DNA from: Octopus sinensis
Lineage: Eukaryota
Direction: 5' to 3'
NCBI RefSeq assembly: GCF_006345805.1
Contig: NC_043009.1
Span: 29,326,001-29,390,000 of the forward strand
Length of the DNA stretch: 64,000 nt
Part shown: positions 53,715 to 64,000 of the stretch, in pieces
Position numbering within the stretch: position 1 is the stretch's first letter
Layout of the letters: the number at the start of each line of letters is the position of its first letter
The notes under the pieces: model-generated
Told to the model about the DNA's origin: nothing
Databases searched by the model: none
The model's input: the letters and a program-made list of their open reading frames with translations, nothing else
Made by a program: the position numbers and the translations under genes

Positions 53715-54200
53715 TTGCTCAAGCTTAAACCGAAATGGTATTCTACTCTGTTGACCCCAGCAATCACCCCTTTTCAGTCAGAGCTATCTAGATGCTTTCT
53801 CTGCAACCTCTGCATTGTTCTTGATAGCGTTTTTTTTTGCTCATTCCTGTAATACCCATTAAATCCTTACCTGTGTAAGTAGACCACAGCCAACCGATGG
53901 ATCTGTCAGTTAACTTCTTGCAATGGTTGCAGGTAGGTCTGGGCACTATGGTTTGTCTCCAGGCCTGTTTCTTCCCAGATCTTACCAGTTGCTCTTTTGC
54001 ACTGTCTCACTACTTTCGATGTAAAAGAACTACATTTTCTGCTGAAGAATTTGTTTCATCTCTGCTTAGCAGATAAGAGATGGAAAGTGGGGCCACAGTG
54101 ATAAACCAGCGATATCTATTTCTTGCATCAACCATGATACCTCTTGGGATTCTTTCCACTGGTGTGATGTCTTCATCCTAATTTGTCACAGAATAATGGT
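53715..54200 (-). mobile_element. Decayed RLE-type non-LTR retrotransposon 3' end (HERO/NeSL-like)
   Basis: Minus strand gives GITGMSKKNAIKNNAEVAEKASR*L*LKR, resembling the recalled AExASxWLWxKR C-terminus of HERO-type elements; frameshifted upstream. Confidence 0.55.
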
Positions 54201-55287
54201 AAGCAGGTGATTGTTGGCAACTGCATCAACACAGGGTTAATAAAATAAATGCCAGTCAAGTACTGGGGCCAGTTTTATCACCCATCTTCTCCTCCAAATA
54301 CTTGTGGCCTTGTGTCTCGTTTCTGAGTCTGGGCTGTTCTTGAACAAGTTTATTCCTCCCTTGAAATATTATTGATATTAATGGATCAATGCCGTTAAAC
54401 AGATGAACTGTTTGGTGATTACCGGTAATAATCAATTGATCCAGAAACATTGAATAACTGGTTCTTCTCATCATCATTACAACCATCATCATCATCATCA
54501 TCATCATTGTCAATGTTGTCATTGTGATTGTTGTCATCATCATCATTGTCATCACCACCACCACCGTCATCATCATCATCATCATCATCATTGTTGTTGT
54601 CATCATCATCCTCCTCTTAATCTTCATCACCATCATCACCAATAACAGCAATACTCCAAGATTGCTATCAATTGCATCATCTGCACTGACATCATCATCA
54701 TCATCATCGTCGTCGTCATAGTTGTCGTCGTCATCGTCATCATCATTATTATCATTATCATCACTAGGAATAACAATGGAAGCAACACTATCATCAGTGT
54801 CATCACAACCATCATTGTCACTATCATCCCCAGCCTCACAACAATATTATCACAACTACCAACAACAACAACAACAACAACAATGCCAACAACAACAATA
54901 AGAGCACCATCACTCCTACCACCATCACCACCACCACCAACCACCACCACCACCACCACCTCCACCTCCACCTCCACCACCATCACAACAACAATAACAA
55001 CAACCACCACCACTAGCGAAAACATGAGCAAGAATGAGTGCAACAGTGTCAGCATTAGAACAGATACACCATGGCCAAGACCACCAGCACCAGCACCATC
55101 GACATTAACCCTCCTCCCATCAACATTAACGTTCACCCACACTACGCCACCACCACCACCACCACCACCACGACCATCACCATCACCAACACAATTAAAA
55201 ATATCAATCAAGAACGTATTTACACAAAACTGACTCAAATGACATGTAATCTTCAATAAGTTTTCCATTTCATTGAACTTTCCCTCC

Positions 55288-55345
<58 letters not shown>

Positions 55346-55604
55346 TAATAATAATAGCAACAACAACAACAATATTCTTGCATTTTCCCTGGCAATTATT
55401 TGTCATGGACTTTTGAATTATTTCTTGCTGGTGTTCAATGAAAATTCTTTGGCAATTTAATAGTTTCTGCATGTCAAATTCTGAGCTTCTCTTACAGTTC
55501 TTCCAAATCAATGGATTCTTTAATGCGTTGGCAGCGTTTTTTGTTCAGTGTCATTTTTTGAAAACACAGAACAACCCTGAATAGATAATTCGCTTTTCTT
55601 TTAC

Positions 55605-55694
55605 CATTACTGATGTCACTTGGAATTCTCCGTATTGATTCACAGATATATCTGATATGCCGCTATTCTGCACACCATTTTCAACTTTCTGGAT
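55605..55694 (-). CDS. Candidate 90-nt internal exon IQKVENGVQNSGISDISVNQYGEFQVTSVM
   Basis: Long pyrimidine tract then caaaag acceptor, donor ATG/gtaaaa, phase 0/0, open frame. No homology recognised. Confidence 0.25.
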
Positions 55695-56524
55695 CTTTTG
55701 CACAGAGTAAAGTAATAAAAAAAAAAGAAGAAAAGGAAGGAAAAAAGCCTTAAAAAAATGTAAAAAGGCAACTGCACCCCGCCCCCGCCCTCGCCCCATC
55801 GCCATCCAACCAACTGTATAACGCTTTCTTCGTGTTATTTTGAAATCTTGCCATCGCAAAAATATAAAATATTCTTCCTTATTTGCAACAAACCATTTAA
55901 CAGACATCCAGCTTCATCGGAAAATTTTGAATTTCTTGGTTCATCAGAAGAAAATAAGAAAATCAGAAAAACAAAAACAAAAAAAAAAAAAACCCAGAAA
56001 AAAAGCATTACCTGTTCTCCTCCTTCCATCAAACATCAAAACTGTGCAGCTCTTTTAACACAACACATTCTCGATTCTTTACAAAAACATTGCTTCTGTT
56101 CTTCTTGGAGAAAGAGAAAACCTAAAAGAAAGACGCTAATAGTATGAATACTCCTACTAAAACTAGTGATGGTGATGATGATGATGAGGAGGAGGAGGAG
56201 GATGTTGGGATGATGACGATGATGACGATAATAATAATGATAATAATTAAAGTAAATATTTCTTAAATTGATTCTGACATAAAGCCAGATGTACAGCATG
56301 TTGGCAGGTGGGGGGGGGGGAGGAGAGGAAAAGCAATAATCATAATCTTATAGATTATTGTATGGTTGCTTTCATTATTCCTGGAATCAATCACTCCATT
56401 ATGAATGCACACACACACGCGCACACACATGCACGAACACACACTACATATATGCATCAATACATATGTAATGTGCATTTGTATAATATATATATATATA
56501 TACATATACATATACATATATGTA

Positions 56525-56580
<56 letters not shown>

Positions 56581-56975
56581 TATGTATATGTACATATGAG
56601 TATGTATATATATATAGACATATGTATATATTTATTTATGCATATATGTATATATAGATTATGTAGGTAGGGTAAAAATCCGTATGCATTTATACATATA
56701 TATATATATATAGATATATATATGCACACACACACACATATATGTGTGTGAGTGAGTGTCTGTGCAGAGGTGATACTTACATGTGTTTGCATGTGTGTGA
56801 GCGTGCGTGTATGTGATTTCTGATAAATAATTGTGCTGGTATAACGTGGCAATTTAGTAGTATGTGTATAATTTGACATAACATTGTTGTTGTTATAACA
56901 ACAACAACAACAATAATAATGATAATAATAATCATAATAATAATAATAATAATAAGAAGAAGAAGAATTATTATT

Positions 56976-57006
<31 letters not shown>

Positions 57007-57301
57007 TTGTTATGATTATTGCTATGTTTATTGTTGTTGTTATTGTTAGTTATTCCAACAAAGCTAATCAATGTGGATACAAATGAAGGAATTGACATAA
57101 TTTGTCCAAAAGTCAGTATTCTTAAGTTATAAACAACAAACAAATAAGTAAATAAAAAAAAAATAAAGATTATTGGAAAATATTTTCTTTTTCCTTAAAT
57201 TGTGAAGATACAAGAATGTTAAACAAATGCTTCCAGCTATTTGGATTTCTAATTGTTGTCTCACTTTTTTTATTTGATAATTCTATTATTATCATTATTA
57301 C

Positions 57302-57332
<31 letters not shown>

Positions 57333-58061
57333 TATTATTATTATTATTATTATTACTATTACTTTTAAAATTGTTATTTTTTTCTTGCGGCTTGTGCAGA
57401 TTTGGTTTTGTTTTTCATCCTTCACGGTTATTCCTACCAATGGAACCATTCTTTTGTGCACATGCAAGGTTACACCTACAGTTATATACATAACGATCGT
57501 TTTATTTATAGCTTGATTTTTAAGGACGGTGCGATAAAGAAGTTTTTGTCCCCAACCACATGGTCTTTGAGTTCAGTCCTGCCACATGGCACCTTATTTA
57601 TGCATGTGTCTTCTGCTGCACCCCTTGTTTGACCAAAGCTTGTGAGTGGATTTGAAAGATGGAAATTGAAAGAAACCCGTCATATAAATGTCACTATCAT
57701 CATGATCATGTAACGTCTGTTTTCCGTGTTTTCATGGATTGGGCAAGATCCGGTGAGTCACAGGGATGCCTTGTGCTTTAATGTCAGCTTTTGGTATGGT
57801 TTTATATAGCTGCATGCCCTTCATAATGCTAACCACTTTACAATGTGTACTGGATGCATTTTTCCTATATCTATTGAAATAATTTATTACGTACGTTTCA
57901 GGTCTGTATAATACATAATCGGAAATGCATCCATTATGTAAACCTTCCACAGTTAAAGCATTTCAGACACACACATATACGTTGGCTGTCTACCCTTTAA
58001 GCAGAGTCTGGCCACCTCTTGTACTAACAAGTTAGATCTATAATGGCGTCTGATACATGCA

Positions 58062-58111
<50 letters not shown>

Positions 58112-58188
58112 TATAGGAAAATAAAAGACGAGGACAGGAATATGTATTAGTTTGACGTTTAGGAATATGAAAAATAAAAAAAAGACTC

Positions 58189-58222
58189 TTTTACATTTCG
58201 AGCCTACGCTCTTCATCAGAAA
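58189..58222 (-). ncRNA. Minimal hammerhead motif with intact core
   Basis: Minus strand reads ttt CTGATGA a gagc-gtag-gctc GAAA tGTA aaa; 3-bp stem I, loopless stem III (dimer type). Confidence 0.55.
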
Positions 58223-59001
58223 TGAATAAGAGAGATAAAAAAAAACTGAGATTTAGCGGTCAAGAATGGCGATGTAGATACGTATATATGTGCCTGCTTC
58301 TTGTTTTGATGTAGCATGGTAGTTGTAAAATGAGCGGCATTGCCATACAGGTGTCGTTAATTTGTAATCTTCTGTGCAAATATGCACAGTCTTGGGAAAA
58401 TATTACTTTGCTTGAAAACAGGTTAGGGTTCTGCACAGGAAGGGCATCGAGCTGTAGTAAAATACTTCGATAAATTCCGTTTGACTCATGCAAGCATAGA
58501 AATGTGGCTGTTATAACGCCAATAATTATGTTAGTTGTTACGGAGCTGTATTTCAACGAGGAGTTAGTTTTTGCTTTTCTTGGAGATTATCAGCAATAAC
58601 CGTAGTTCTACTGCACTAATGATATATGTCTGCAATCAACAATGAAACAACAGCACCTTTTTTTCCTTTCTTTAAGAATCGGATTCCGATACAGGTTCCT
58701 TTTGTATATTTTAGTCGTTTTAAACAAGAAATAAACGAATATATGAAATCAAAAACAATCTTACCACCACCACCACCACCACCATCATCGTCGTTGTTGT
58801 CATCATCGTCTTCATCGTCATCATCGACGTCGTCGTCATCATCATCATCATTGTCATCGCAATCGTCATCATCATCATCATCGTCGACATCATCATCATA
58901 ATCTCTGTCATCGTCCTTTTCTCCATCATCGTTATCTCCCGTCGTCAACGTTGTCATCGTTGCTGTCATTGTGCCATGCTCCTTTTATTGTCACTCTTGA
59001 G

Positions 59002-59199
59002 GCAGCCATCTTGAAATTTGCAAATGTAGAGTTAGAAAAATGCCTAAAAGACAGACATTTCGACATTTCCTTAACACTATGTAATGAGAGTGGATATCGA
59101 ATCGATCCAGATACTATTGGTGTTAAAATAAACAACCCGAATAATACCTTTGTTATGTTACATCGAGGAGAAAATGTTTTCTATTTGGAATTTTCTTAA
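59002..59199 (+). CDS. Candidate coding segment with loose CIDE-N/beta-grasp-like pattern
   Basis: Non-repetitive 65-codon open frame AAILKFANVELEKCLKDRHFDISLTLCNESGYRIDPDTIGVKINNPNNTFVMLHRGENVFYLEFS* after acceptor-like ccttttattgtcactcttgag. Confidence 0.25.
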   Translation, partial: AAILKFANVELEKCLKDRHFDISLTLCNESGYRIDPDTIGVKINNPNNTFVMLHRGENVFYLEFS

Positions 59200-59270
59200 A
59201 ATTCAACTGTTTATGGTGAACAACAGCCATAAAGTTAGTAGTAGTTGTGGTGATGGTGGTGGTGGTGATG

Positions 59271-59302
<32 letters not shown>

Positions 59303-59433
59303 TGTGGTGGTGATAGTGGTGGAGGAGGTGGTGGTGGTGTTTGTAATGGTAGCTTCTATGTTTTTTTTAACCACCAAGGGTTGGCAAAAACATCGAGAGC
59401 GGTTCAGAACGATACAATGCGAAATCACACGCA

Positions 59434-59507
<74 letters not shown>

Positions 59508-61699
59508 ACGTATAAACAGGGAAGTAACAGAAAATACTACTACTACTAATAATAATAATAATAAGCTTGTTATGTAACAGAGAAGAACGATAACGGTACA
59601 AAGACTGTAGTAATATAATAGTATTGACATAACTGAAAGAATAAGAACGGTGAAGAACGTAGAGGAAGACGAAAAGGAAAAGGAAGGGGGAAGGGAGTGA
59701 GGGTGAAGAAAGATGTCTTGAACGCTGTTGAAGATGAGTAAGAACAACACGAACAACAAAAGTGTAATATCAATAATAAAGAACCGTTATTATGCAATAG
59801 CTAGACATCATCTTATTTTCAAAGTATTGATGGTGTAATCGTTGATTTTGATGGCAAATCAATGGCTGTTTGAATGTGTTTGGGGTAAGAGTCTTTGAAT
59901 TAATTAGTCTTCTCGATATCACAGCTTATATTTAAATGACATGGCAACAATTGATTCCCAGTTGACAGCAGCTGCTTTCTTCGCGGAATTATGGTAACAA
60001 GGGTGGATCGGTGGGAGGAGTTGCATGAAATAGAGAGGTCGAGAAAGTTGAAGGCAGGTGGAGGGCGGTGGGGGTGGGGGGTAGTAAAACCAGCAGTGAA
60101 ACCAGCTTCAAGCCAAAATGGTTGGTCACTTGAAATCGCAGAAAAGGAAAAAAAAATTATAATAATAACAAGAGCGCAGAGAAACAAACAAAGCCAACTA
60201 GTTGAACACCACCATCACCGCCAACAACAACAACAACAACAACAATAACAACAATGGCAACAGGAAAGAGACAACGAACAACTATAACAAATGTCACAAC
60301 GCCAGTTCAAAAAACAAGACTAGACAACAACAGCAAAAAAAAACCAAAAAAACAGACGTCTATTCAAATTTTCCGGAATGGCTTTGTAACAATAGGATGA
60401 TAAGCCAGAGCTGATGAGGAAATGGATATGAGTGGAAATCAGTTGTTCGTCATATGTTTATTCATTGTTACATTTGAAAGAAATACCAGTCACGAAGGTC
60501 CGCTAGAGCAACAAAGACTAGAATAAACGGAATTCATTTCACAATATCAGGTAGGCAATACGTGTTCCATTTTAGGTAAAGAGGGAATTTTCTGTGAAGT
60601 GATCAATGTCGATATACTGGAGTGGTTAGTGTTAACTTCTATTGTTAACTGACATATTTTATTGACAGTCAGGTTATCAAAACAGAATTAGTCTAAGTCA
60701 TTCTCATGACAAGTTCTGTTGATCAATTGGTTGTGGTGTCAGTTCGGGAATTTCGTTTGCTGTCATGCTTCGTTGCTCATGACATTATCTATTAGCTTTA
60801 GTTGTCTTTTCTTGTCAATAACATCTTGTCTTCCGAACTTCTTAATGATTTCAGGCACCAATTTACCGCTTACTAACCGACTGACTAGATCAAGTCAATC
60901 TGTTAATAATTATTACTTTTTTAACCCTAGTTTCCTCTGCTATACATCACAAATTATCGGTGGCCTACGACAAATCTGAAAGGACAGATTTGTGTTGACC
61001 GCATCCAGTGTTGTTTTGATCAGCTTCCAAAAATTCCGAATTGTTTGCAAAGAAAACTATTGGTGATATTTTGACTGACGTGGCAAAATACCGGTTACTG
61101 TTTTTAATTATACGTGTTTGGAAACCAAACATTTCCAGTTCCACATTATTGTAGAGATCTGCTATATTTCTTTTTTCCGGCAAGAAACTGGATTAGAAAA
61201 TTAATTAAGTGGTTATAATAAAGGCGCAATAATTAATAACAAGTGGTAGATCTTACTGAAAAGGGAATATAGGGTAAAAATCTGTCGGTTTTGCTAAAAA
61301 ATATAGAAAATGATTGATTGCAGGAGGAACTCGTCAAGTAATTAGAAATAAACAAAAACATTGCTAGGGCGTTCTTGTCTGGAAAATGGTTTTAGAGTAT
61401 TTTAGAAAATTTTAGAGTATTACTACTCTCTGCTCTCAGTTTTAGGTTGAGTCCGTCTAAAGACTCATAGACATAACAAACGATATAACAGAAATCTATG
61501 AATCCCTCCTCAAGACAAGAATGGACAGACTTCAGATGTCGGCAATGCCAGAAGCCAACATGGCAGTAATGTTATTCATGAATGCAAATATGGTCTCCTT
61601 CGAGCAAATGGGCTCTTCAGCATCTACCTTCACAGCCAGTCGCTCTTTTGTCAAACCGTGCGGAACGAGAAGAGAGTAAAACACATGCCATTTGCAGTT

Positions 61700-63270
61700 C
61701 CCAGGATTCTGTTAATTATTTATTGTCTAAGATGAATATACATATTTTGAATTTGTAGTTGTTTGTAAGAAACTTCCTGAAACTTAGACGACATGCATTA
61801 TTCCAGTTAGCTGATATAAAGTCTAGCTAGTACGATGTGTACAATCTGCTTCGGTCTCTCCAACTTCACATAGATGCATTCACGAAATCCGGTTGAATGG
61901 TCTCAAGTGAACATAGACAAACTCTGAATATGTTTGAGGAATTTTTATATCCCACCCTGTGTGTGTCTGAGACGCCATTCTTGTCGCCCAGGTAACATCA
62001 GTGTGTGAGATGTTTATAGAAAAGCTTCGTTAAGTCCGGCCTGTTAGCTTCTGTCAAGTAAAACCACTGGCAGTTAGAAAGAACCATTACTTTCACCGCT
62101 TCTCACCTTTAGGATCGTAGACCCGCCATCCATTCTTACCACTCGATCTGGTCTGACAGTGGTAAGAATGGGTGTCGGCAAGAAGAAGAGTAAGTGAGTG
62201 TGTCTCGGAAGTTTTGGATTCATTGGTGGCCACGACTTTGGGGATCTGGGACTTCAGGATTGTTTATCCCAAGAATGTCTGAGGGGCTCCAAAACATTTC
62301 ACCCCCTGTTAAATAGGAACCTTTACAAGAGTTCTTTACCAACATTAACGTGAGTCGACGAGATATCTGGTGGTTGAGCTTTCCTTTCAGGCAAGTCCCT
62401 CACAAACCTTTTAAAATATTTCTTGAATAGTCAGGTGACTATTTAATAGTCCTATATGTTGTTATTATCTGCAGAATGTCCAGAAAGCTACACTGCATAT
62501 TTCTGCATATTATACTGTAAAGGTGCTAACATCATGGTTATAGGGTCGTGGGTTGATTAAAGTATATTGTTTTATGTTGCTTCAGTTTACTAAGCTGTAA
62601 AAGAGTTCCAGCTGACGGTTGGTGGGGCTCCCTCTCCCTCCAGTCGCCACATACTGGATGTTCCACTGCATCATGGTTTGGAGAGTGGCGATGGCATTTC
62701 TGTCTGCTTGGAACTAAATGGGTGCCTAAACACAATTAGTGAATGCATGGTGCATGCTTCCAGGTCATGCTCAGTTGCGAGTATTAGTTACATTTCTTTG
62801 CTTTCGAGTTAAAACATGATGTATGATTAGTGTTCCCTGCTGCACATTGCACAATACAACACTGCATGTTGTAGTATGTAGCATGAGCAGTTTTATGAAC
62901 TGTACACTCCGCCCACAAAATATTGCATATTGTAGTGTGCAGTACGACCATACTTCCATATGGTATGGGGGTGGTGACAAGAAGGACATCCAAGCAATAA
63001 AATTGTGCCAAAATAAAATGTCACATATATACGAGTTTTGGTTGTATAGGTGTCAACTGAACTTTAGAACCGTTGAGAGATGATAAAATATTCTTCAGTA
63101 TTGAGATCGAGTCATTCAGTTTTATTCCACTGTACCATTTCTTGAATATATCATTCTTGAATGTTTCCTGTGCCCGTTTCAACGAGGGAGGCCATATCAG
63201 CGGTGGGTGGAGAAGATAAAGCAGCGGGTGAGAATAAATCTTATACACCACCTTCTGAGTACCACTCAAA
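61700..63270 (-). mobile_element. Highly decayed L1/Tx1-clade LINE ORF2 C-terminal region
   Basis: Minus-strand fragments in expected order: LSSLNGSKVQLTPIQPKLVYM, ILAQFY...PIPYGSMVVLHTTICNILWA, VATGGRGSP, CLCSLETIQ..F.EC (zf-RVT-like), IVLARLYI. Confidence 0.55.
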
Positions 63271-64000
63271 AGCTTTGACAGTGACGTGGAGTTTGAAAGG
63301 AAGTCATCAGGAGTCCTTCATTGAACTGATGGTTCAAAGAGTAAAACAATTTCATAGAACTGTGCCAAACCATTATTATTAATATCAGTCCAGCCTTAAA
63401 GTCGAAAGTGATAATATAATTATATATTTAAAATATTTTTCCTTATAATGTTGATTACTTGCTGTTGAATATTTCAGAAACAAATTGTTATAAATACTCG
63501 AAAGGTTATAATTAAGGAAATTTCAATATACGAAACCTTTAATTACCAATTACATTTAATTATATTAATTTTCATTTTGAAAACTTATGTATTGCTGAAT
63601 AAAGATTAAATGCTTAGAAGTGAATCAGGATACAAGCACAAATGAAAAACATACGAAACTGTTTTTATTGGAACCTCTTCTGTCTGCACCAACACGTAAT
63701 TTAAATACATAAACATTTAATTAGATGTAATTATGAATAATTTTTCATATAAGACTCGTAGATTAATTCTTAAAGTACTGTAAGTATTACACAAGCGGTA
63801 CATTGGATGAAGGCAATATAGTTGAATGGTTAGAATGGTTCAATTTTACTGTGCTTAGCCACTTGTACACCAATTTCTCATGCAGACTGTTCCGTTGATC
63901 CGATCAACTGGAATCCACGTCATTGTAAGCGACGGACTGTACGTTATAACCTCACAGTCATATGGTGTCCCTCTCCCTCAGAATTTACGGGTGTAGAATT

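Noticed and set aside
60405-60500. CTGATGA...cattt-GAAA as a possible hammerhead
   Set aside because: Stem II is out of register by 2 nt, and there is no credible stem III, NUH or stem I.

Overview
AT-rich, microsatellite-dense metazoan non-coding DNA. The repeat repertoire (tRNA-headed CORE-like SINEs, (ATT)n/(ATC)n-tailed SINEs, AT/GT/GAA microsatellites) suggests an octopus/coleoid cephalopod genome; this is inference from recall, not a search. Nearly all ORF-track entries are microsatellite or SINE artefacts, and no host gene can be identified with confidence (only a few weak exon candidates). Decayed transposons are recognisable: a near full-length Tc1 (46953-48210), a deleted mariner, a Gypsy pol relic, an L1/Tx1 ORF2 relic, and two kinds of restriction-like-endonuclease LINE 3' ends. 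The most notable signal is a cluster of sequence-unrelated short elements, many of them long fold-back palindromes, carrying type I hammerhead ribozyme motifs. Three can be folded by eye into complete hammerheads (7923-8008 with a mirror copy at 7763-7848, 10599-10654, 20685-20802). One minimal copy has an intact core (58189-58222) and several are degenerate. One is fused to a tRNA-like head, and in one the ribozyme sits at the apex of a hairpin that would sequester its own core.
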